From contig JAOPTX010000013.1 of NCBI GenBank assembly GCA_051532055.1, forward strand, positions 1-57,131: DNA of 57,131 nucleotides, written 5' to 3'. This stretch comes from Fibrobacterales bacterium. GTDB taxonomy: Bacteria > Fibrobacterota > Fibrobacteria > Fibrobacterales > JAOPTW01. Positions 28,792 through 38,472 of the stretch are shown in pieces. How positions within the stretch are numbered: position 1 is the first letter of the stretch; each line of letters opens with the position of its first letter. Position numbers and translations under genes: made by a program. The notes beneath the pieces are model-generated. The model saw nothing but the letters and a program-made list of their open reading frames with translations. It was not told the origin of the DNA and did no database searches.

Positions 28792-29700
28792 ATGCGAACA
28801 CTATTTCTTTTAGTTTTGATACTTCTTATGCTGCCTAAATTCAGTGTAAGTTCTGACAGTATTAAACGTGAAAAGCAAATAACACCCGTCAAGGATACTG
28901 TTATTTGGTTAAAATGGGAGCAAATTCCGAATTTTATCTTTCATGGTAAATTTAAAGATCAGGGCATAGCCGATACTTTCATGAAGACCCTACAAGACGG
29001 ACTCCCCCAATATGAGCACGTAGAAATATCCGCAAATGCTGCACGGTATTTTGAGGTTATAAAGCAGGAAAAGGTGTGTGTTGCCTGGGCATGGATTGTG
29101 CCGGGGAGTGAAGACATACGAATCTATAGTAAACCTACTTCACTGGTTGCCCCCTTAGGTATCCATACACTAAAATCTAAACAACATCTTTTTGGAAAGC
29201 CGGGAACGACCCTTTCACTTACCAAATTAATGGACTCTACAGAACTCACATTAGGGTACCTCAATAAACTTACCTATTCAAAAAAGGTACATACTCTCAT
29301 AGATAAATACCGAGAATCACCTCGTTTGTATATTAGTACCGGTAGTAGTAGAGTAGAATTTAATCTTGAAATGCTCGATTTAGGACGAGTAGATTACTTT
29401 TTAGGTTTTCAGCAACAGTCAACTTACGATGCAAAAACAAAGGGTATTGAAAACAAATACCAGTATTACAACATTGAAGAGATGGATCGTTATAGTCGTA
29501 TGCATGTCCATACCTCTAATACTCCATTTGGGAAAACGTTGATGAAAGCAATAGAACCGCTCCTTACTCAGAAAGTTTTATATGAACACCTTAAAGTAAT
29601 AGAGCGCTGGCAGGGGCCAAATAAGAAATTTCGTGATATATTTATTGATCATATAATTGATGGTAATGCAAATCCATTAGTAAAAAAACCTGGAGAATAA
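28792..29700 (+). CDS. Periplasmic binding-protein-like protein (TIGR02285 / SBP family 3-like)
   Basis: Signal peptide; IPNFIFHGKFKDQGIAD...LPQYEH...ARYF...C; EMLDLGRVDYFLG. Confidence 0.72.
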   Translation: MRTLFLLVLILLMLPKFSVSSDSIKREKQITPVKDTVIWLKWEQIPNFIFHGKFKDQGIADTFMKTLQDGLPQYEHVEISANAARYFEVIKQEKVCVAWAWIVPGSEDIRIYSKPTSLVAPLGIHTLKSKQHLFGKPGTTLSLTKLMDSTELTLGYLNKLTYSKKVHTLIDKYRESPRLYISTGSSRVEFNLEMLDLGRVDYFLGFQQQSTYDAKTKGIENKYQYYNIEEMDRYSRMHVHTSNTPFGKTLMKAIEPLLTQKVLYEHLKVIERWQGPNKKFRDIFIDHIIDGNANPLVKKPGE

Positions 29701-29883
29701 CGGGATATACCATCCTCTATATCAACATATATAATACTCAACACTACTCTTTAATTCTTGATTTATAGTGTTATTATGGCGTTTATATTTAAATGGATAT
29801 ATTATAGTTACTGTTAATTTTCTTGATAAACCCAAATATTAGTCATAAAATAGAGGAATAGACATTTACAAACGACTAGTGAA

Positions 29884-32073
29884 GTGGAATCAAAAATTAA
29901 GCACTCAATTATACACAAAGTGTTAACCACTATAGTTTCGCGAACCCTTATTCAGTGTTCCTTTCTCGTAATTTGTTTGTGGTTATTAATGGCCCCCAAT
30001 ACTACACATGCATATACAAAAAAATTGACTCACCTCACTCTAGAACAACTACTACAGTTAAAGGTTACTACTAGTAAATATGAAGAGGTAAAGCGAGAGG
30101 CAACGGGCACCGTCTATATTATTAGCGAAACTGATATCAAGCTCAGAGGGTATAGAGACCTGAAGGATGTTTTAAACGACTTACCCGGTGTTGGATATAC
30201 TGGCAACTCCGGAAATGTTGAAATGACCTTTGTGAGAGTGAGAGGAATTGTTGGCAATAGCAAAATCCCAGTGTTTAAAGATGGTATACAACTGAATAAC
30301 CCATCAGGAACCCCATTAACTTGGGGAAACAACATTCCTCTCCATGACATTGAACAAATAGAAATTGTAATAGGTCCCGCTTCGGTAATCTATGGTAGAG
30401 ACACTTATTCTGGACTCATTAATTTAAAGTCAAAAAAAACACCGTACAAGAAAGTTCAAATAGGAGCCGGATCGTACCAAACAATAGATCCTGCGTTTGT
30501 AGTTTCCCATGAGAATAGCCTGGGGAGATTCTTTCTCTCGGGCAGAGGATTTTATTCCGAGGGGCAAAACCGATATGAAGAATACCCTGATTTATATACC
30601 ACTCCTGTAGATAACTGGAAGACTAAAATCCCTGATTGGCAACAAAGATTTGATAAAGAGGATATGGAGACCAATGCACGAGTAAGAGATTACAATATTC
30701 ATGCAGAATATCAATGGAAACAGTTTACCATCGGGGGAATGATCAATGAACTTAAAGAGGTTAATAGCCTTCCTCACAACCCCGAACACTATTTTGTTAA
30801 CCACCTCTCCCCCATTCAAACCAGACAATATCATGGGTTTGCTCAATTTATTACTACCATAAGCTCTATTATAGAATCTAAAACTATTCTCACCTATATG
30901 CAGGAGCTGAGAGGAGAGGATTATGGTTTCAATTACATAGATTTCCCCACAGATATGCCCGGCCGCAAAAAGTTTTTCAACTCCTATGATACTTCTTTGA
31001 AATTAGAACAGCAATTAATTTATCATTATTCACACAATGTTATTTTCAATTTTGGAGGAACTGCAGAAGATATTACTGCAGTTCCGCAATCAGCAAACTA
31101 CGATACTCAAATAAACCCCAGAGATAGAATTACAGAAGATTCTTATAATTTCCAAAACTATGGATTATTTGCTCAGGGTTCCTGGAAACCTCTTGATTGG
31201 ATAAAAATGGTTGCGGGTGGACGAATGGATTACAATACCCATTATAAGGAGACATTCACACCACGACTTGCTTTGATTTTTACTCCATTACAACAATTAA
31301 CTATTAAAGCCATGCATGGTCAAGCCTATCTCGCACCTTCCATTAAAGACATGTACTTTGTAAATCCTACATCTACTGCAATTACCATTAAAAATCCAAA
31401 ACTCAAACCCCAGCTTATTTCTACTGAAGAATTCAGTATTCATTACCAATTGTCCGAATCTATCTCTGCTACGACGAACCTATTTTATAACAAAGCGAGT
31501 GAAATAGTCAAAATATTTTTAATAGACGTAATTGATAGTACTGAAACGTCTGTTACAGACAGTATTGGCTTTGAAACATGGCAATACCGCAATGTAGAAT
31601 CTCAAACGTCCTATGGAGGTGACTTTATCTTGGATGCAGTATTGCTCAATAACAAACTAAAATTGAGAGCCTGGTACTCCTTCTTAACAGGAACAGAGAG
31701 TAAATACAATAGTGATAATAATTCGTTTAGTGATGATGCTTTAATTCAAATATCTTCCCATAAAGGAAACCTAGGCATTACCTATTTACCAACCACCCAC
31801 ATTGGCATTCATTGTAACACTCATTATACAGGCGAAATAAAGACAAATACATCTAATACATTATATCAGGGAGAGAAACTTTCAGACGTGTATGATGTTG
31901 ATTTACATCTGAGTATTTATGAGATTATAGCGGGAGTAGAGCTCAGTTTAAAAATTGAAAATGTCCTCAACAATAAACAGTATCACGTTGAAGAAAGAGG
32001 AGACAGCTGGAGAATTCCTCATGTACCTCAACCATTAAGAAATTATATGATTAATGTAATATATTCATTTTAA
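29884..32073 (+). CDS. TonB-dependent outer-membrane receptor
   Basis: LTLEQLLQLKVTT N-terminus; plug motifs LNDLPG, VRVRG and IEQIEIVIGPASVIYG; ENVLNNKQY; C-terminal YSF. Confidence 0.92.
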   Translation: MESKIKHSIIHKVLTTIVSRTLIQCSFLVICLWLLMAPNTTHAYTKKLTHLTLEQLLQLKVTTSKYEEVKREATGTVYIISETDIKLRGYRDLKDVLNDLPGVGYTGNSGNVEMTFVRVRGIVGNSKIPVFKDGIQLNNPSGTPLTWGNNIPLHDIEQIEIVIGPASVIYGRDTYSGLINLKSKKTPYKKVQIGAGSYQTIDPAFVVSHENSLGRFFLSGRGFYSEGQNRYEEYPDLYTTPVDNWKTKIPDWQQRFDKEDMETNARVRDYNIHAEYQWKQFTIGGMINELKEVNSLPHNPEHYFVNHLSPIQTRQYHGFAQFITTISSIIESKTILTYMQELRGEDYGFNYIDFPTDMPGRKKFFNSYDTSLKLEQQLIYHYSHNVIFNFGGTAEDITAVPQSANYDTQINPRDRITEDSYNFQNYGLFAQGSWKPLDWIKMVAGGRMDYNTHYKETFTPRLALIFTPLQQLTIKAMHGQAYLAPSIKDMYFVNPTSTAITIKNPKLKPQLISTEEFSIHYQLSESISATTNLFYNKASEIVKIFLIDVIDSTETSVTDSIGFETWQYRNVESQTSYGGDFILDAVLLNNKLKLRAWYSFLTGTESKYNSDNNSFSDDALIQISSHKGNLGITYLPTTHIGIHCNTHYTGEIKTNTSNTLYQGEKLSDVYDVDLHLSIYEIIAGVELSLKIENVLNNKQYHVEERGDSWRIPHVPQPLRNYMINVIYSF

Positions 32074-32146
32074 AACTATTTAAAATACGAGTGCTTGGGT
32101 ATTCTTCATAACAGGTTTACAATAAGGTAGTGATAGAGTAGAGACT

Positions 32147-34852
32147 ATGTATAGAGGTTGGATAATTAAGTGGTGTTTATTTTTGGTTTGCTTTCAAACC
32201 ATTAGTTTTGGTGGTGAATCAAAAGAGGAAATCAAAACACTTATAACCTTTAAATTAGCCGAGCATATAACGTGGGCAAATCAAAAAAGCCAATCAGTGT
32301 ATACAGCAGGTTTTATTGGTGATGATATAAAACAGTTTTCTGAACTCCAGTCTTTTGCAGCTGACTCAAAGTTAAAAGGAAGGAATATTGAGATGATACA
32401 TGTGTCACCCAATGGTCCTATACCAGAAGTTCATTTGCTGTATGTAGACAAAAACAATTCGAAGTCTATCGAGAACATTTGGAAACAAATAGCAAAAAAA
32501 AATATTCTCTTGATTACTGAGGAGAGTAATGACGAAAGATTTATCATGCTCAATCTAATGTATAACACCAACAAGGGAGTCTATTCTTTTCAGATAAATA
32601 GGGCTAATTTACTTCTCGAAGGCTTCGCCATCGACCCCCATCTTTTATTACTTGGGGGAACTGAAGTAGATGTGCGTGAGCTCTTTGTAAAAATGCGTTC
32701 AGATCTTGGTATTGAAAAAGAAAAGGTAAGGTCTCAGGCCCAAATATTAAGAGAGCTAGAAAATGAAATACAAAAAGCAAATACTGTGGTAAAAGATTTC
32801 AATAGTAGAGTACAGGATTACGATAGAAGAATTAAAACTCAAAAAACAGAGATCAGCCTACAAGAAGAAGTATTTGAAAAACTCACATTTGATATTGCAT
32901 CACAAAATACTGACTTACATCAAAAATCCATTGATTTACAACAACATAGAGCACGTTACGACACGCTTATTGCTCATGCTGACAAACAAACTAAGCACAT
33001 ACGTGATAAGGTTATCCAACTACAAAGCCTCACTGATGAAATAGCCAAAAACAGAGCACTACTCACTGCTAAAGAAAAGGTGCTTGACTCCCAGGTGAAA
33101 ACATTGGGAATTCAGAAGTCAAGAATATCTACCCAAAATATAGTCCTCTATTTGGCAGCAATATTACTCATTATGACCTTTGGATTAGGGTATGTTTTAT
33201 TTCGGGCCTATCAATTAAAGAAAAAGTCTGCACTTCTACTGGAACAACGGGTTGCTGAGAGAACAACAGATTTACAAGACCTAAATATTCAATTAAATGA
33301 TGAAATTGATATACGTCGTAATACCGAGAATGCATTAAAAATTAGTGAGGAGTATTTTCGAGAAATCTACAATGCATCTTCTGATGTCATGTTGGTTCTT
33401 GATAAAAACACGGGAAAAATCATTCGTACCAACCTGTCTGTTGAAAAAATGTACGGCTACACCATTGACGAAACCATAGGAATGACTGTTGACCAGATAA
33501 GCTCAGACATCCCCCCCTATACAATAGTTGAAGCAAGAATTAAAATATCAAATGCACTCAAGGGTGAATCTCAGTTATTCGAATGGCAAGCAATGAATAA
33601 AAACAAAGAAATATTTTGGTGCGAGGTAGCATTAAAAAAAGTGAATATCACTGGTGAGGAATATCTACTTGCAGTAGTTCGAGATGTAGATGAAAGGAAA
33701 AAACTTGAAGACCGATTAATCCAATCTGAGAAACTAGAGGCTATTGGACAACTTGCTGGTGGTATTGCCCACGATTTCAACAATCAACTTGCCGGAATAT
33801 TAGGGTACACTGAACTCATCCACAAGGCAACACGCGAAACGATACCCAAGGCGGCAGGTTTTACTGAAAAAATAATTAAATCCATTCAGCGTTCATCTGA
33901 CTTAACCAGCCAACTTCTGGCTTATGCCAGGAAAGGAAAGAACCAATTTGAACATGTTGATTTACATTTAATCATCAATGAAGTTTCCCATTTATTAGAA
34001 CATAGTATTGACAAAAGAATAACGATAGAGCAAAACCTCGATGCAGAATATTCTATTACTATCGGTGATTCATCTCAACTGCAAAATGCATTATTAAACA
34101 TTTCATTGAATGCTCGTGATGCTATGCAAGGCGAAGGCACTCTTTCTTACACAACAAAAAATGGTATCCTTGAAAATGCAGAAACAACTAACACACTAGA
34201 AAAACAGGAATGCATACAAATTACCATTACCGATACAGGAGTGGGAATACCTCAGAATATTCAAGAGAAAATATTTGAACCCTTCTTTACCACAAAGAAT
34301 GAAGGAGAAGGTACAGGAATGGGACTTGCAGCTGTTTATGGTACTATTAAAAACCATAAGGGAGGAATATCTGTAAATAGCGAAGAAGGCAAGGGTACAA
34401 CCTTCACCATATATTTACCTATTAATAAGACTAATAGTCCTAGTAATCATCACTCGATACCTACTCATACTATTTCACAAAAGTCAGGCACTATTCTATT
34501 AGTTGACGATGATGAAATGGTTCGCGAAGTAAACACTTGTATACTCGAGGATTGTGGTTACACCGTTATAGCATGCGAAGACGGTAACGTTGCGATAGAA
34601 AAATACACCCACTTATATAAAGAAATTGACTTTGTTCTCCTTGACCTAATAATGCCAAACTTGAGCGGTAAAGACACTTTTTTTGCACTCAAAGCCATTA
34701 ACCCCGACATATTAGTACTCATTGCTTCTGGCTACAGTATCAATGATGATGTGAGATTTCTCCTTAAAGAAGGGGCCAAAGGGATGATTCAAAAGCCCTT
34801 TTCTCAAAGTGATCTTATCGATAAAATTAATACAGATATATTTGGATTATGA
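32147..34852 (+). CDS. Hybrid sensor kinase: YfiR/DUF4154 - coiled coil - TM - PAS - HisKA - HATPase - REC
   Basis: Signal peptide; YfiR-like FKLAEHITW...ILLITE...FQINRANL...IDPHLLLLGG; about 155-aa heptad region; GQLAGGIAHDFNN; DTGVG, FEPFFTTK, GTGMGL; REC LLDLIMP. Confidence 0.88.
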   Translation: MYRGWIIKWCLFLVCFQTISFGGESKEEIKTLITFKLAEHITWANQKSQSVYTAGFIGDDIKQFSELQSFAADSKLKGRNIEMIHVSPNGPIPEVHLLYVDKNNSKSIENIWKQIAKKNILLITEESNDERFIMLNLMYNTNKGVYSFQINRANLLLEGFAIDPHLLLLGGTEVDVRELFVKMRSDLGIEKEKVRSQAQILRELENEIQKANTVVKDFNSRVQDYDRRIKTQKTEISLQEEVFEKLTFDIASQNTDLHQKSIDLQQHRARYDTLIAHADKQTKHIRDKVIQLQSLTDEIAKNRALLTAKEKVLDSQVKTLGIQKSRISTQNIVLYLAAILLIMTFGLGYVLFRAYQLKKKSALLLEQRVAERTTDLQDLNIQLNDEIDIRRNTENALKISEEYFREIYNASSDVMLVLDKNTGKIIRTNLSVEKMYGYTIDETIGMTVDQISSDIPPYTIVEARIKISNALKGESQLFEWQAMNKNKEIFWCEVALKKVNITGEEYLLAVVRDVDERKKLEDRLIQSEKLEAIGQLAGGIAHDFNNQLAGILGYTELIHKATRETIPKAAGFTEKIIKSIQRSSDLTSQLLAYARKGKNQFEHVDLHLIINEVSHLLEHSIDKRITIEQNLDAEYSITIGDSSQLQNALLNISLNARDAMQGEGTLSYTTKNGILENAETTNTLEKQECIQITITDTGVGIPQNIQEKIFEPFFTTKNEGEGTGMGLAAVYGTIKNHKGGISVNSEEGKGTTFTIYLPINKTNSPSNHHSIPTHTISQKSGTILLVDDDEMVREVNTCILEDCGYTVIACEDGNVAIEKYTHLYKEIDFVLLDLIMPNLSGKDTFFALKAINPDILVLIASGYSINDDVRFLLKEGAKGMIQKPFSQSDLIDKINTDIFGL

Positions 34853-34877
34853 AAAAACCATATTTCTAGGCAATTAA

Positions 34878-36908
34878 TCATTTTTTTATTACACTATCAA
34901 TCAACGTGAACAGTGAATTATAGACAACGGGCTTTTGCAAGCACCCTTCAACCCCCAATGCTTTAATATTATCTATAGTATCCTGATCGGTAAAGCCAGA
35001 CGTCACCACACATTTCACATTTGAGTCAATCTCTTTTAGTTTAAGCAGCGTTTCATAGCCATTCATTTTTGGCATCATCATATCAAGAATTACCAAATCA
35101 CATTCTGCATGTATTCGCTTAAACGTTTCAACTCCTTCAATGCCATTTTCACAACATTCAACATCGTACCCATAATCCAACAACAGTTCACTACAAGATA
35201 GGCGAATCATATCTTCATCTTCGATAAGTAATATCTTTCCAGACACTTCTGTATCATTACTCGCTACAACAGTATCTTCTATGGGAGTAATAGTTTGTTT
35301 ATTTTTAGACAGCGGGAAAAGGAGTGTGAACACAGTTCCCTCGCCTACCTTCGAGTCTACGGCAACATGACCACCGAGCTGTTTTATAGACCCAAACACA
35401 CTCGACAACCCCAAACCGGTCCCTTTACCAAACTCTTTAGTTGTAAAAAACGGTTCAAAAACTCGTTCCTTAAGTTCTTTACTCATACCCATTCCCGTGT
35501 CTTTGAAAGACACCTCGAGATACTTATCATCACTGAGTTCTCTATCTTCTGGGAAGTCGTATTCAGAGGACTGTATTATCGAGGTGGTAATTTCAATATC
35601 TCCTTCTCCTACTATAGCATCTTGTGCATTTAAACCAAGATTAAGAAAAAGGTTCTCTAGCACTGCACTATCCCCCATCACCACAGACTTTTCAGTATCA
35701 AATGAGGTATGGAACGTTATCCGCTTATCAAAACTATGCTTCATAACATCAATAACATTATTAATAATTTTGTGCATATCTAATGACTCTACAACAATAG
35801 TTGCATCACCTGCAAAATTAAGGAGCTGACCACAAATACCGGCAGACTTATTACACACAGAAATAGCTTTATTTAAGTATTCACTAACATTACTATTGTT
35901 TGGACCAATTTTCTTTTCTGCTAACGTTATATAACCAATGATCCCCCCGAGTGCATTTCTAAAATCATGTGCCACTCCACTCGCAACTTGCCCAACTGCA
36001 TTTAACTTATCAGTTGCCGCTATTTTATGTTCAAGTTCTTTCCTCTTGGAAATATCCTCGTTCAGACCAATCATTTTAAGCGGCGCCCCAGAAGCATCTC
36101 TTTCAAATATTGTTCCCTTAGCAGCAATCCATCGCCAATTATGATTTCCATCCAATAAACGCAGTTCAACAAAATAGTGATCCGTTTCACCAATGGTATG
36201 TTGCTGTAAAGCCCTATTAGACCGTTCAATATCATCAGGATGTACCAGGGTTATAATATTTTCAATAGTATTTTCTACATCATGACTCTCATAATTAAGC
36301 ATAGCCAACCATTCGTTACTATATAAAAACTTTGATTCATTGAAATCAATACTCCAAAAAGCGAGTCGTGCTGATTTAATAGCAAAATCTAGTTGTTTTT
36401 CATTTTCCTCTAGTTTCAGATTTTTTTTAATATTATCTGTCACATCTTTAAGAGTAAATAAAAAATATTCAATTTCTCCCTCTCCATCCAAAAGAGGCAC
36501 AAGTCCTAGATTCCAATAGGTAGTCTCCCATTCTGGGTGATCAGGAAAGTTAAAAGGGCGAGCACTACGAGCATACACTTCTTTTTTTGCCTTTACCTCA
36601 TCAAATTCATCTTTTAACGACGATGGATACATGACGAAATGATTTTTACCTACAAACTCAGATACATGTTTGTCACAAGCCTCTGCATAGGTTTTACTCA
36701 CTCGGATAAAGTTATAATCCTTATCGAGTAAGACGATACTATCTAGTGTGTGCTCAAATATTAAATCGAGGAGTTTTGCCGAGTGCTGTAAATTTTGTTC
36801 TGTTTTACTTTCGGCTTCTTTTTGTACAGCGTCAAAACTCTGGATTGTTTTTCGTGAATCCTGAAGTTCTTTAATTAATTCCTCTTTTGACTTTTCAGAA
36901 TCGAGCAT
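34878..36908 (-). CDS. Cytoplasmic hybrid histidine kinase (2xPAS-HisKA-HATPase-REC)
   Basis: No TM; PAS motifs VHPDD and DIS; GVAHDFRN; FEPFFTTK, GTGLGL; ILDMMMP. ATG 36908 is the probable start. Confidence 0.9.
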   Translation of the reverse strand: MLDSEKSKEELIKELQDSRKTIQSFDAVQKEAESKTEQNLQHSAKLLDLIFEHTLDSIVLLDKDYNFIRVSKTYAEACDKHVSEFVGKNHFVMYPSSLKDEFDEVKAKKEVYARSARPFNFPDHPEWETTYWNLGLVPLLDGEGEIEYFLFTLKDVTDNIKKNLKLEENEKQLDFAIKSARLAFWSIDFNESKFLYSNEWLAMLNYESHDVENTIENIITLVHPDDIERSNRALQQHTIGETDHYFVELRLLDGNHNWRWIAAKGTIFERDASGAPLKMIGLNEDISKRKELEHKIAATDKLNAVGQVASGVAHDFRNALGGIIGYITLAEKKIGPNNSNVSEYLNKAISVCNKSAGICGQLLNFAGDATIVVESLDMHKIINNVIDVMKHSFDKRITFHTSFDTEKSVVMGDSAVLENLFLNLGLNAQDAIVGEGDIEITTSIIQSSEYDFPEDRELSDDKYLEVSFKDTGMGMSKELKERVFEPFFTTKEFGKGTGLGLSSVFGSIKQLGGHVAVDSKVGEGTVFTLLFPLSKNKQTITPIEDTVVASNDTEVSGKILLIEDEDMIRLSCSELLLDYGYDVECCENGIEGVETFKRIHAECDLVILDMMMPKMNGYETLLKLKEIDSNVKCVVTSGFTDQDTIDNIKALGVEGCLQKPVVYNSLFTLIDSVIKK

Positions 36909-37156
36909 ACTTATTCCCACATTAACAAATGTACTTTGCATGATACAATGATACCACAATATGACTGTATTTGCTATTTAAATGAAGTAAGCTGAGTATA
37001 CAGCGAGAGTCAGAACATAATGAATAGTAAGCGTTATGATCGTTAATATATTCTTTCGACCAACACCACCTATGGGCTCAAAAAGGAATTTTTGGGGATA
37101 GGCATAAAGTAAGTATTGGTGTTGTATAGAAACTTTAAAAGCATACAGCATTCAAG

Positions 37157-37567
37157 CTAATCTCTTTCAATATATTTAAGAAAAATAAAAACCCCCGTTA
37201 CCCCAATTCCTATTTCTAATACCGTAGCTTGCACCAACCCTTCACTAGGAATACCATCCAAAATCATTCCTATGATACGACCAATTCCATAAGCCAAATA
37301 CAGTACTGTGGATATAATCACCGAGGTAAACGCTAGACGACGAATAAACGCCCCCAACACAATCAATATGCCACTCGCAAATAATCCCCCTCCTGTAGCC
37401 CTCAGCTCGCTTAACAAATTAACATCATTACTTAAGATAACATCTGCCGATGCTTCAAATTCAACAGGGATACACAACAACCCTGCCCCAATTCCGGCAG
37501 CAATTAATCCAGTAATAATTAAAAATGAATTCAGTATTTTTGAATATTTCATTCGTTTCTCCAACAT
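37157..37567 (-). CDS. DUF4345 family membrane protein
   Basis: LLSELRATGG, YLAYGIGRIIGMILDGIP and 4 TM segments. The true start may be the second Met. Confidence 0.8.
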   Translation of the reverse strand: MLEKRMKYSKILNSFLIITGLIAAGIGAGLLCIPVEFEASADVILSNDVNLLSELRATGGGLFASGILIVLGAFIRRLAFTSVIISTVLYLAYGIGRIIGMILDGIPSEGLVQATVLEIGIGVTGVFIFLKYIERD

Positions 37568-37594
37568 TTATGAATTTAGTACAAAATCAGCACC

Positions 37595-37669
37595 ATCACT
37601 TTACACCGTGTAAAGTGATATCATAATAATAGCACTTAACTTGACATGGTGTCAACTAATATTTATATA
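37595..37669. promoter_or_regulatory. Divergent promoter with two TetR-type operators
   Basis: atcactttacac-c-gtgtaaagtgat (37595-37619) and ttgaca-tgg-tgtcaa (37641-37655); shared core TT(T/G)ACA-N3-TGT(A/C)AA. Confidence 0.8.
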
Positions 37670-37711
37670 GGAGCATAGGTGACTTTAAATCCGAGTCCCA
37701 GCCAGGAGCAT

Positions 37712-38311
37712 ATGGAAAGTAAACGAAGCTATAACAAACAAAAAACCAGGGAGAAGATACTTACCGTAACCTGGAAATTGATGGAGTCTCAACAGGGACA
37801 GAGTGTCAAAATGAGTGAAATCGCCAAAGGGGCTGGAATTTCACGGCAAGCCCTCTACCTGCATTTTGGTTCACGTACAGACTTATTAGTGGCAACGGTT
37901 GATTACATCAATGAAGTAAAAGAACTTGATCAGCTCTTAAAACAATTCGAGACCGCTCGCTCAGGGTCAGACAAACTCGATATTTGTGTTACCATTTTTG
38001 CCCAGTATATTCCAGAAATATATGGTGTTGCTAAAGTCCTTATTAGCACAAGAGACACTGACAAGGCCGCAGCAACTGCATGGAATGATGGCTGTATGAA
38101 TGATTTTAAATATATTTGCTTTGAAATTATTAAGGATCTAGACACCGAAGGCACCCTCGCCAAAGAGTGGAGTACAAATACTGCCGGTGAGATGTTATTC
38201 TCGATACTATCGGTTCAAAACTGGGAACAATTGATTGTGTATAGCGGATGGTCTAAAGAAGAATACATACAGAACACCACAAGCTTGTTGCGAAGAACCT
38301 TTATATCATAA
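37712..38311 (+). CDS. TetR/AcrR family transcriptional regulator
   Basis: TREKIL...MSEIAKGAGISRQALYLHFGSRTDLL HTH. Both GTG 37679 and ATG 37712 have AGGAG RBSs. Confidence 0.93.
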   Translation: MESKRSYNKQKTREKILTVTWKLMESQQGQSVKMSEIAKGAGISRQALYLHFGSRTDLLVATVDYINEVKELDQLLKQFETARSGSDKLDICVTIFAQYIPEIYGVAKVLISTRDTDKAAATAWNDGCMNDFKYICFEIIKDLDTEGTLAKEWSTNTAGEMLFSILSVQNWEQLIVYSGWSKEEYIQNTTSLLRRTFIS

Positions 38312-38472
38312 TAATTACAATCCATACTATCAACACTTCATAATGGCTGACCTCGAAAAGTCTGTAAAGCTTCATTTACATTCATACTACTTTGTGTTTT
38401 TATCTTCACAATTAAGAATTTTGGTATCTCATTTCCTAGTATTACTGTTCAGATACAATTGGAGAATACTCA

